Positions 28,140 to 39,139 of a DNA stretch of 64,000 bases are shown here, one piece after another. Numbering within the stretch: position 1 is the first letter of the stretch; every line of letters starts with the position of its first letter. The translations under genes were made by a program, and so were the position numbers. This DNA comes from Mobula hypostoma (lineage: Eukaryota). Under the pieces are notes generated by a model, which saw only the letters and a program-made list of their open reading frames with translations, did no database searches and was not told the origin of the DNA. Location: contig NC_086108.1 of NCBI RefSeq assembly GCF_963921235.1, positions 2,852,001 to 2,916,000 on the forward strand, read 5' to 3'.

Positions 28140-28950
28140 CGAAGAAGGAGGAATCTGATCACAGAGTCATAGAAAAGTACAGCACAGAAACAGGCCCTTT
28201 GGCCCATCTGGACCATGCCAAACCATTTAAACTGCCTACTCCCATCGACCTCCACTGGAACCATAGCCCTCCACACCCCTACCACCCATGTACCTATCCA
28301 AGCTTCTCTTAAACGTTCAATTTGAGATCGCATGCACCACGTGCTGGCAGCTCGTTTCACACTCTCACCATCCTCTGAGTGAAGAAGTCTCCCCTCATGT
28401 TGCCTTTAAACTTTTCACCTTTCACCCTTAACCCATGACCTCTGGTTGTAGTCCCACTGAATCTCAGTGGAAAAAGCCTGCTTGCATTTACCCTATCTAT
28501 ACCCCTCATATTTTGTATATCTCTATCAATCTCCTTTCAATCTTCTATATTCCAAGGAATAAAGTCCTAACCTATTCAATCTATCCACATAATTCAGGTC
28601 CTCCAAACCCAGAATCGTCCTTGTAAATTTTCTCTGTACTCTTTCAACCTTATTTTCATCTTTCCTGTAGGTAGGTGACCAAAACTGCACACGATACTCC
28701 TAATTAGGCCTCACCAAGATCTTATACAACTTCAACATAACGTCCATCTCCTGTACTCAATACTTGGATTGATGAAGGCCAATGTGCCAAAAGCTTTCTT
28801 TAAAACCCCATCTACTCGTGGTGCCACTTTCAACGAATTATGGACCTGTATTCCCAAATCCTTTCGTTCTACCACATTCCTCAGTGCCCTACCATTCACT
28901 GTGTAGGGCCTACCCTGGTTAGTCCTACCAAAATGCAACATCTCAGACTG
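28140..28950 (-). mobile_element. CR1 3' fragment
   Basis: LHFGRTNQ...KAFGTLAFIN motif, continuing to the tail near 28145. Confidence 0.88.
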
Positions 28951-29274
28951 ATGGGAAAGGAGAACAGAGAGAGGTAAGGAGGAAGGGCATCTTTTGTTCA
29001 GTATAGTTACAGCAATAAGCACTCTGCAGGCAAACAGCCTGTCAAGACTCACCAAGAGTTAGCACTTAATGGTGAGAAGGAATAAGAAAAATGCTGACTT
29101 TAAAATAAACTAATTTATGTCTCGCTAGTATTGCTGGCATTTTCCTAATGATATTGACTGATACATGAATAGGAAAATAAATGCAGTGCTATGGGACAGT
29201 GGCTGGGAATCATGATTAACTGTAACTGTTACCGCACAAACAACATGGAAACATCAGTACTCTCTACGATTTTA

Positions 29275-29845
29275 CAGCTGGGATGTATGGGGTGTCAGGG
29301 AGGGGGAGCACCTCTGGTGGGGGAACATGTCGCGTCCTTTTCAGGGCGGTTAGTCCACCTTTGGTCCCCACCTGGCACTCAGCTCTCACCTGTGGCTCCC
29401 CGTAGCTGTTTGTATGCGACAGCGGCCACACCCCGGGCAACAGCTTCGACAAGCCGACTAAACCAGGTGAGGGTAGCCGACGGGTCTCAAACCCTCGGTG
29501 AGATAGGGAGTTGTATATCCCAGCATGTGAAGACAGACTCTGGCGGATTGAGCGGACGAGACCTATGGAAGGTCCAACGGTCACGAAAGCGGTCTTTGCA
29601 AGCGTCGTGGAACGTGTAGAGCATGACAGGACACAGAAGACGTCCTGGTCATCCACTGTGCCTAGTCCCATCTCCAGCCGTCTAGACTCTGTCTTGCCAC
29701 TGGATCCAGATGGGAATTGGGAAGAGAGAGTGAGGCTGACGCTGCGCAACTCTCCCTCACTTAAATCCAAATCACGCGCTAGTCTCGACACCATCATTAT
29801 GGTGTCAAGGTCCTCATCGATGTCAACGATGGACGAACAACCAAC
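29275..29845 (+). mobile_element. CpG-rich non-coding element, probably RTE-derived
   Basis: RTE-like 5' block (tggcactcagctctcacctgtggctcc) and a 3' end 'gatggacgaacaaccaacca'. No credible protein. Confidence 0.45.
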
Positions 29846-29959
29846 CACAGCTGGGATTATCAGCTAAATGCAAAACATTCCCCGGATTATCCATCTTGCT
29901 GATCATAGTCATAGAACACTACAGCAAAGAAACATACCCTTCCCTGTCAAAGTATTAAT

Positions 29960-31490
29960 CTGTTTTGTCCCATCAATCTGCACCCAGACCATATCCCTCC
30001 TACCTCCCATGTACCTATTCCTATATTAATCTGTCTTGTCCCATCGACCCACACCCAGAACATATCCCTCCTACCCCCCATGTACCTATTCCTATATTAA
30101 TATTCCTTGTCCCATCACCCACAGCCAGACCATATCCCTCCTACCCCCCATGTACCTATTCCTGTATTAATCTGTCTTGTCCCATCACCCACATCCAGAC
30201 CATATCCCACTGTACCCAAGTACCTATTCCTATATTAATCTGTCTTGTCCCATCGACCTGCACCCAGACCCTATCCCTCCTACACCCCCATGTACCAATT
30301 CCTATATTAATATTCCTTGTCCCATCGACCCACACCCAGACCATATCCCTCCTACCCCCCATGTACCTATTCCTATATTAATCTGTCTTGTCCCATCACC
30401 CACACCCAGAACATATCCCTCCTACCCCCCATGTACCAATTCCCATATTAATATTCCTTGTCTCATCACCCAGACCCAGACCATATCCCTCCTACCCATG
30501 TACCTATTCCTACCCTATTCCTATATTAATCTTTGTCCCATCACCCACATCCAGACCATATCCCTCCTACCCCCCATGTACCTATTCCTATATTAATCTG
30601 TCTTGTCCCATCGACCCACACCCAGAACATATCCCTCCTACCCCCCATGTACCAATTCCCATATTAATATTTCTTGTCTCATCACCCAGACCCAGACCAT
30701 ATCCCTCCTACCCCCCCATGTACCTATTCCTATATTAATCTGTCTTGTCCCATCACCCACATCCAGACCATATCCCTCCTACCCCCCATGTACCTATTCC
30801 TATATTAATCTGTCTTGTCCCATCGACCCACACCCAAAACATATCCCTCCTACCCCCCATGTACCAATTCCCATATTAATATTTCTTGTCTCATCACCCA
30901 GACCCAGACCATATCCCTCCTACCCCCCCATGTACCTATTCCTATATTAATCTGTCTTGTCCCATCACCCACATCCAGACCATATCCCTCCTACCCCCCA
31001 TGTACCAATTCCCATATTAATATTTCTTGTCTCATCACCCAGACCCAGACCATATCCCTCCTACCCCCCCCATGTACCTATTCCTATATTAATTTGTCTT
31101 GTCCCATCACCCACATCCAGACCATATCCCTCCTACCCCCCATGTACCTATTCCTATATTAATATTCCTTGTCCCATTGACCCACACCCAGAACATATCC
31201 CTCCTACCCCCCATGTACCTATTCCTATATTAATATTCCTTGTCCCATCGAACTGCACCCAGACCATATCCCTCCTACCCCCCATGTACCAATTCCCATA
31301 TTAATATTTCTTGTCTCATCACCCAGACCCAGACCATATCCCTCCTACCCCCCATGTACCTATTCCTATATTAATATTCCTTGTTCCATCGACCCACACC
31401 CAGACCATATCCCTCCTACCCCCCATGTACCTATTCCTGTATAAATATTCCTTGTCCCATCGACCTGCACCCAGACCATATCCCTCCACA
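29960..31490. repeat. Minisatellite, ~70-bp unit, about 22 copies, derived from a CR1 3' UTR segment
   Basis: Unit tgtcccatc(g)acccacacccagaccatatccctcctaccccccatgtacctattcctatattaat(ctgtct/attcct). Single-copy CR1 sequence flanks it at 29905-29960 and 31490-31770. Confidence 0.92.
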
Positions 31491-31810
31491 CTCTCTCACC
31501 CATATACCTATCCAAATTTCTCTGAAATGCTGAAATTGAACCCTCACCCACCACTTGCCGTGGCAGCTCACTCCACAGTCTCACCACCCTCTCAGTGAAA
31601 GGTTCCTCCTCCTGTTCCTGTCTCCCATGACCTCGTTTTAGTCCCATCCAACCTCAGTGGAAAAAGCCAGTTTGCATTTACCCTATCTCCACCCCTCCTA
31701 ATTTGCACACATCTACCAAATCCCCTGTCACTCTCCGACGCTCCAGGGAATAAAGTCCGAACCTATTGGTCATCGTTGTGAGACAGAACTTGAGACTTGC
31801 AGGGCCTTAC

Positions 31811-31876
31811 CTTCATCTGGTTACACTCCAAGATAGCGATCAGAGTCCGCGGAACAGCACAGGCAGTCCCATTGAC
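31811..31876 (-). CDS. SARS2: SARS2 penultimate coding exon (66 nt; VNGTACAVPRTLIAILECNQMK)
   Basis: Acceptor ctttctgctccaatccag|, donor |gtaagg. Completes class II aminoacyl-tRNA synthetase motif 3 (HT|VNGTACAVPR). Confidence 0.97.
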
Positions 31877-32224
31877 CTGGATTGGAGCAGAAAGGAGGCA
31901 AAAGTTAACTGAGTAGATGATGGACTTGTCAAAGGAACACCGAGCTGAAATAGAGCAAGAAACAAGTCCGTCTCTTCCTACACATCACAGTATGAATTCA
32001 ACAAGAACTCCGACAGTCTATATAGAAGTGAGATCAGTGCCTAACCTTTAAAACAGAAAAAAAATAGCTTTATTTGGCACATGTACATCAAACACTGAGT
32101 GAAATGTGTCGTCTGCGTCAAATCAATGAGGATTGTGCTGGGGGCAGCCCGCAAGGGTCACACACTTTCAGCCCCAATGTAGCATGCCCACAAATTACCA
32201 AACTTGACTATATGCCTTTGACCT

Positions 32225-32585
32225 TCAGGAGGATCACAACCTTGTCTTTGGGTTTGGAGAGCTGCGTGCTTCAATGACCTGGAGAGCCATGTTGGCTGGA
32301 GTCAGGACTTTATGCTTTGGCTCTTGGTAGGGTCATCCATGCCAAACAGGTCAAAGGGTAGAGGCCAGACTAAGAGCAGTCCACCGGTCCTCCAGGTTTG
32401 GAGGTCCAGCTCAGGACTAACAATCCTGACCGGTTAAACAAAAGTGTTACGGAAGCAGCAATGAAGAATCCTTCTACATCTGAGTGTGAGGGTATTCCTG
32501 AGTCTCCACCGGGAGTTGCATGACTGACAGCAGTGAAGACAGAGAGGAAGCTACTGACACAATGAAGGAAGCCTGAACACCAGTG
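32225..32585 (+). mobile_element. Non-autonomous RTE-type element (5' UTR fused to 3' tail). Other copies: 25-170 (+), 3185-3565 (-), 38122-38335 (-), 42995-43400 (-)
   Basis: Shared 'ggtagggtcacccatgccaaacaggtcaaagggtagaggccagac' and 'gaaacagcaatgaagaatcct' blocks, with (TAAG)n-like tails in the longer copies. Confidence 0.65.
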
Positions 32586-33020
32586 GATGCCTTTGTAATG
32601 TGGGAGGAAACTGAATCACCCAGAGCAAACCCATGCAGTGGCGGGGAGAACGTACAAACTCTTCACAGACAGTGGTGGGAATTGAACCCCAATCAGTGAT
32701 AGCTGGCACCGTGAAGTCTTACCTTTCCCTGTCTTTCATTATTATAATAAAACAAATCTTCCTTCTGATCACTACACTACACTCTCCTCCTCCCCCCATG
32801 CATTCAAACATACAAAAGACCAGGACAACATTTTGAAAGGAAAGAATAACATTTCCACAGAGGTTTTTAAAGCCATTCTAAAGAAGATAATGAAGTTCAA
32901 AGTACATATATTATCAAAGTATGTATAGATTATACAACTTTGAAAATTGTCTCCTTACAGGCAGCCACAAAACAAAGAAACCTCAAAAGAACCCACCAAA
33001 AGAAAAAAGTCAACCACCCA

Positions 33021-35215
33021 ATGAGGGAGGGGGGGAGAGGGAGGGGGGAGAGGGGGGAGAGGGGGGAGAGGAGAGAGAGGAGAGAGGAGAGAGGGGAGAG
33101 GGGAGAGGGAGGGGGAGAGGGAGAGGGGAGAGAGGAGAGAGAGGGGAGAGGGGAAGGGTGGAAGAGGGGGAGGGGAGGGGTAGAGAGGAGGGGGAAGGGG
33201 AGAGGGAAGGGGGAGAGGGAGTGGTAGAGAGGAGGGGGAGGGGGAGGGGGAGAGGGAGAGGGGGAGGGGAGGGGGGAGAGGGAGAGAGGAGGGGGAGAGA
33301 GGAGGGGGAGAGAGGAGGGGGAGAGAGGAGGGGGAGAAAGGAGGGGGAGAAAGGAGGGGGAGAAAGGAGGGGGAGAGAGGAGGGGGAGAGAGGAGGGGGA
33401 GAGAGGAGGGGGAGGGGGAGGAGGAGGGGGGAGGGAGAAGGGGAGGGAGAGGGGGAGGAGGGAGAGGGGAGGGGGAGAGAGAGGGGGAGAGGGGGGAGAG
33501 GGGGGGAGAGGGGGGGGGGGAGAGGGGGGGGGGGGGGGGGGGAGGGGGGAGAGGGGGTAGAGGGGGGGAGAGGGGGTAGAGGGGGGAGAGGGGGGGAGAG
33601 GGGGTAGAGGGGGGAGAGGGGGGAGGGGGGGTAGAGGGGGTAGAGGGGGGAGAGGGAGGGGGGAGAGAGGGAGGGGGGAGAGAGGGAGGGGGAGAGGGGA
33701 GAGAGGAGAGAGAGGGGAGACGGAGGGGAGAGGGGAAGGGGAGGAGTAGAGAGGAGGGGGAAGGGGAGAGGGGAGGGAGAGAAGGAGTGGTAGAGAGGAG
33801 GGGGAGGGGAGGGGGAGAGGGGGAGAGGAAGAGGGGAGGGGAGAGGGAGAGGGGGAGGGGGAGGGAGAGGGGGAGGGGGAGGGAGAGGGGGAGGGGGAGG
33901 GGGAGGGAGAGGGAGAGGGAGAGGGGGAGGGGGAGGGGGAGGGGGAGGGGGAGGGGGAGGGGAGAGGGGAGGGGAGAGGGGAGGGGGAGGGGAGGGGGAG
34001 GGGAGAGGGGAGGGGGAGGGGAGAGGGGAGGGGGAGGGGAGGGGGAGGGGGAGGGGGAGGGGAGGGGAGGGGGAGGGGGAGGGGAGGGGGAGAGGGGGAG
34101 GGGGAGGGGGAGGGGGAGGGGGGAGAGAGGAGAGAGAGGGGAGACGGAGGGGAGAGGGGAAGGGTGGGAGAGGGGGAGGGGAGGGGGAGAGGGAGGGGTT
34201 GAGAAGAGGGTGAAGGGGGGTGGAGAGGGGAGAGGGGGAGGGGAGAGGGGGGAGGGGAGAGAGGGGAGACGGAGGGGAGAGGGGAAGGGTGGGAGAGGGG
34301 GAGGGGAGGGGGAGAGGAGAGGGGGGAGGGGGAGGAGAGGGGGGAGGAGGGGGAGGGGGGAGGGGAGAGGAGGAGGGGGAGGGGGAGGGGAGAGGAGGGG
34401 GGAGGGGAGAGGAGGGGGGGAGGGGGAGGAGAGGGGGAGGGGGTGGGGGAGGGGAGAGGAGGAGGGGGAGGGGGAGGAGGGGGGAGATGGGGAGGGTGGC
34501 AGGGGAGGGAGGAGGAGGGGGAGAGGGTGGCGGAGGGGAGAGAGGGGAGGGGGAGGGGGTTTGAGGAAGGAGATAGGGGAGGGGGAGAGAGGGAGGAGGG
34601 GGAGAAGGGGAGGGGGGAGAAGGGGAGGGGGAGGGGAGAAGGGGAGGGGGAGAAGGGGAGGGGGAGGGGAGAAGGGGAGGGGGAGGGAGGGGAGGGGAGG
34701 GGGAGGGAGGGGAGGGGAGGGGGAGGGAGGGGGAAGTGGGGGTATGGGACTGGGGAGAGGGAGAGGGGAAGAAGTGGGGGGAGAGGGAGGAGAGGAGGAA
34801 GTGGGGGAGAGGGAGGAGAGGGGGAAGTGAGGGGAGAGGGAGGGGAGAGGGGAGAGGGAGGGGAGAGGAGAGGGGAGAGGGAGGGGAGAGGAGAGGGGTG
34901 AGGTGCGAGAGGGAGGGGGAGGGGGAGGGTGGGGGAGAGGGGTGAGGGGGAGAGGGGAAGGGAAGGAGAGGGGTGGGAGAGGGGAGGGGAGGGGATGGGG
35001 AGAGGGGGGAGGCAGAGGGGAGAGAGGGAGGGGGGAGAGAGGGAGGAGAGGGGGAGAAGGGGAGGGAGGGAGGAGAGGGGGAGGAGAAGGGGAGGTGGGG
35101 GAGAGGGAAGGGGAGGGGGAGGGGGAGAGGGGGAGGGGGAGGGGGAGAGGGGAGGGGGAGGGGGAGGGGGAGGGGGGAGAGAGAGGGGGAATGAAGGAGG
35201 GGAGGGGGAGAGAAA
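33021..35215 (+). repeat. 2.2-kb polypurine (G/A) low-complexity tract
   Basis: Almost only G and A, in GGGAGA/GGGGGA variants. Confidence 0.95.
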
Positions 35216-35825
35216 CAAATCGCACAAGCAACAAAAGCAAGCAAGTAGCTTCAGAACTGGAGTTTTGTGAAAGACACGAAGACCAGGCATCACTGCAGGC
35301 AACAGCCATAGTTCATTCCAAAGCCAAGAAAACATTGCAAGAGCACGGACGCCAAGCCAGGCTATTTGTTGTGGCTGTTGCAATGAAAGGAACAGAGCAC
35401 GCAATTCACATGCAGTAAGCCCTCCCTCGGGTCAGTTGAGTGAGAATAACGAGGACAACACTCCTCTTCCAAATAACACTACATCCAAACAAACAGGGGC
35501 TCGCTTTGATATCTCACATGGAAGACGGATTCTCCAAACAGTGCAGATCACTACACTACACTGCAGGATCAGCCTAAGCTGGGGTTCCCAATTTTTTTTA
35601 TGCCATAGACCCCTATCATTGACCAAGGGGTCTGTGGACCCCAGGTTGGCCTCAACTTTGTGCTCAGGACTCAAGGCAGGTTCAAGACCAGCTACTTCCC
35701 TGCAATCACCAACCAACAAAATCTTAATCAATACAGCTTTGCAATACTGTCTCCATTTTGCACTACAACGAACCCTACTTTTTGTTCTAATGGTGTTTTC
35801 CTGTTCAAAAAAAATTGTGTATACA

Positions 35826-36670
35826 GTCATAGAAAAGTACAGGACAGAAACAGGACTTTCAGCCCATCTAGTCCATGCCAAACCATTTAAACTGCCCACC
35901 CCTCTCTACCTGCACGAGGACGATGGCCCTTCATACACTGGCAGCTTGTTCCACACTCTCGCCACCCTCTGAGTGAAGAAGTCCCCTCTTATGTTCCCTT
36001 TAAACTTTTTACCTTTCAGCGTCTGGTTGTAGTCCCACCCAACCTCAGTGGAAAAAGCCTGCTTTTCTCCTCTGACTACCCTATCTATATCCCTCATAAT
36101 TTTGTATACCTCTATCAAATCTCCTCTCAACCTTCTATGTTCCAAAGAGTAACATCCTAACCTGTTCAATCTTTCCTTATAACTCAGGTTCTCTAGTCCT
36201 GGCAACATCCATGTAAATGTTCTCTGTGCCCTTTTAAACTTATTTACATCGTTTCTGTAGGTACGATGTTGTGTTGGGCACGTGGCCAAGTGGTTAAGGC
36301 GTTTGTCTAGTGATCTGAAGGTAGCTAATTCGAGCCTCAGCTGTGGCAGCGTGTTTGTGTCCTTGAGCAAGGCAGTTAATCACACATTGCTCTCGTGTCT
36401 GAGCGAGGAGTGGCGCTCTACATGGACTTCCAAACTGAGCCTTGTAAGGCATGAAAATGCCCTACGCAGGCCTCTCATGTCTGAGTCAATGTTCCCTCCC
36501 CTCCTGTAGGTAACTGCACACAATACTGCAAATTAGGATTTACCGAGGTCGTTTACAACTTCAACATAAACATCCCATCTCCTGTACTCAATACTTTGAT
36601 TTATGAAGGCCAATATGTCAAAAAGCTTTGTTTACAACCCTGTGATTTATGAAGGCAACTTTGATTTATA
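35826..36670 (-). mobile_element. CR1 3' fragment interrupted by a tRNA-SINE and abutting the Helitron 3' end
   Basis: ORF 35906..36370 (YSLEHRRLRGDLIEVYKIM). Tail near 35826. Confidence 0.85.
36264..36503 (+). mobile_element. tRNA-derived SINE
   Basis: A-box tggccaagtggttaagg, B-box-like attcgagcc, gtgtccttgagcaagg core. 9-bp target-site duplication ctgtaggta at 36255-36263 and 36504-36512. Confidence 0.8.
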
Positions 36671-36671
36671 A

Positions 36672-38122
36672 CTAGACAACCGGGTGGCCCTTTGAGAGAA
36701 AGGAAGTGCAGTCTGATGTGATGTGCTTTGGAAATTAAAGAAGAAAAACTCAGTTTATTAAAGAAGAAAGACGCGTAGCAAGATAAATATAGCTCCTCCT
36801 CATTTAACGAAGGACACTTTTGAAGACAACATTTCTGGTTGATCTGCCACCCTTCAAGAATACTCAAGTGTTTCCATTTCTTTTTCCCCGGCTTAAAGCT
36901 ACATACAGCTGACCATGCTGGAATACCGGTTTCTCCAGATAAATCAGCACATTCTCCATGGTTTGACCTTGCGCCTTATGTATAGTCATAGCAAAGCATG
37001 ACTGTATCGGGAACCGGCTCCGCTGAAGAGGGACATCTTCCCCTTCTGATAAACTGACAGTAATTCTTGGGATCATGACAATATCATTTCTGAACGCACC
37101 AATGTTTATCTTTGCTACGATGAGATTGTCGTGCAGTTCTTCCACCATCATTCGCGTTCCATGGCAAAGCCTTGGTGGATCCAAGTTCCTCACAGCAATG
37201 ATGGGAGATCCCCTCTTCAATTCCAGTTTATGTGGTGGCAATCCAGAGAGTTCAACCGAATCAAGGAATTCTGTTGGAAAATGAGTGGCGTGAGCTCCTT
37301 CACTTACGGCATTGAAGGAACAGTATTCTTTCATGATTCCAGGGAAGCGTCTAATGCATGTGAAGTTTATTTTTCGCATCATTTCATTGAGAGGAACCAA
37401 GATAGAATTCCTTGAGAACAGTTCTGCAGGATTGTTGAATGTCGGGTAGATGAAATCATTGTATTCTTCCATAGTTTTTGCTGGCAGAATTATATCTTCA
37501 GGTAATTCCATTTCATCGTTTTCATTTTTCTCAATCTTGTCTTCTCCAACATCCAATAAGAACTCAAAATATCGTCCTTCTCCCTCACTCAGTCGCATGT
37601 TTCTCTTCAATTGAAATTTGATGAAGCTTCTCCATAAGTAGGATTTTTTAATGCATGAATTCTCCACATCAGCATCATTTCACAATTGCTAGACACTGAT
37701 GGAAATCGCCACAGCAAATGGTTAAAATACCCCTGAAGGCCTCATTCTTGCCACATACATCACGAAGAGTCCGGTCCATGGCTTCAAAGCTCTCCCTCCT
37801 AATCATGGGGCACTTATCCCAGACTATAAGCCTTGCATTTTGGAGTAAATTTGCAGTATTGGTGTTTTTAATCGATGTTACAAAGGGCATCGTCATTGAC
37901 CTTGAGGGGTATTTTGAATCTTGAATGTGCTGTCCTACCAGGCATCAATGTTGCTGCAATACCGGATGATGCTACAGTAATAGCAGCACTTCCATCTCCC
38001 CTAACTTTAGCAGGGATCAAGTTGATGATAATTGTCCTCCTGGTGCATCAATGCAAATCATTGAAGAGAGATTCCTTTCCAAGCAGTCGCACACATATTC
38101 GTATACTTCTCTGCCGTTCTGT
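36672..38122 (-). mobile_element. Helitron remnant: PIF1-family helicase half of RepHel plus 3' terminus
   Basis: Intronless helicase motifs: IDAPGG (Walker A partly deleted), VASSGIAATL, RTAHSRFKIP, LIVWDKCPM, GDFHQ, GLPPHKLELK.GSPI..RNL, FAMTIHKAQGQT, VFQHGQLYVALSR. Ends gggccacccggttgtCTAG|T. Confidence 0.9.
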
Positions 38123-38550
38123 TCTTCATTGCCGTTTCTGTAACAATTCTTTCTGACCAGTCAAGGTTGTTAGTCCTGAGCTGAACCAATGGACCACTCT
38201 GAGTCTGGCCTCTACTCTTTCACCTGTTTGGCATGGGTGACCCTACCAAGAGCCAAAGCATAAAGCCCTGACTCCAGACAACACAACTCTCCGGGTCATT
38301 GAGGCACACGAGCCTCCAAACCCTACGGCAAGAATGTCTCGGCCTGAAACGTCGACTGCACCTCTTGCTAGAGATGCTGCCTGGCCTGCTGCGTTCACCA
38401 GCAACTTTGATGTGTGTTGCTTGAAATTCCAGCATCTGCAGAATTCCTGTTGTTTGAGCAAGAATGTGGTTCTCTTGGATGAGCTCTAAACTGACATTGT
38501 GGGAAATATAGATTGCTGTTAACTATCTCTGTACTGAAGGCATAATTGCT

Positions 38551-38686
38551 ATCCTGACGAAGGGTCTCGGCTCGAAACGTCGACTGTACCTCTTCCTAGA
38601 GATGCTGCCTGGCCTGCTGCGTTCACCAGCAACTTTGATGTGTGTTGCTTGAAATTCCAGCATCTGCAGATTTCCTCGTGTTTGCA
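38551..38686 (+). mobile_element. Penelope terminal repeat with intact hammerhead core
   Basis: tc-CTGACGA-a-ggg(tctcgg)ctc-GAAAC-GTC-gact. Near-identical to 38335-38455, 63030-63170 and, on the minus strand, 19487-19625. Confidence 0.75.
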
Positions 38687-38768
38687 TAATTTCTATTAAT
38701 AACTTTACCCAAGAGAGCAGGAATGATAACAGAATTTGAGAGCACAAATAAGGCTTCCTCTTACTTAC

Positions 38769-38861
38769 AGTGTGAGCATATTTTAACTGAGCTGCCTCAT
38801 CATAGTACATGATATTCAGTCTTCTGCTCTGGTAGTCTGTGCAGTTGGAGGCACTGGATAT
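38769..38861 (-). CDS. SARS2: SARS2 internal exon (93 nt; [31 protein letters not shown])
   Basis: Acceptor ttttttctttccctgtgctag|, donor |gtaagt. Contains the SerRS signature '[13 protein letters not shown]'. Phase 0/0. Confidence 0.97.
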
Positions 38862-39139
38862 CTAGCACAGGGAAAGAAAAAACAATATTGTCATGACCTT
38901 GAAGGAAGGAGTAGAAATGCGGGTGTTCATATAAAGCTTTACAGTATAGGTGACCCAGGTTTAATTCCCGCCACTGTCTGTGATGAGTCTGTCGATTCTC
39001 CCCACGACGACATGGGTGTTCTCCGGTTTCCTCCCACATTGGAAAGGTGGGGGGCTGGGTGGGTGTGTGTGTGTGTGTGTATTGATATGTATGGATATGT
39101 ATGTATAGATAGGGGGAGAGGGACAGAGGGAGAGACAAA

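Noticed and set aside
29264..29867. Overlapping 194-aa and 118-aa ORFs
   Set aside because: No recognisable domain. They lie in a GC-rich repeat where long ORFs arise by chance.
29965..31647. Repeated 'MSHHPHP...' ORFs and a CRISPR-like appearance
   Set aside because: These are translations of a tandem minisatellite. There are no unique spacers and no cas genes, and the context is eukaryotic.
32921..35418. Long Pro/Ser/Leu-rich and Gly/Glu/Arg-rich ORFs (up to 824 aa)
   Set aside because: They are artefacts of a G/A tract that rarely forms stop codons, and are open in several frames on both strands.
36275..36350. tRNA gene
   Set aside because: The tRNA-like head continues into a SINE body with a 9-bp target-site duplication and does not form a complete cloverleaf.
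36864..37667. Host PIF1 helicase gene
   Set aside because: It is intronless, has damaged Walker motifs and Helitron-type motif wording, ends in a CTAG terminus and lies within a SARS2 intron.
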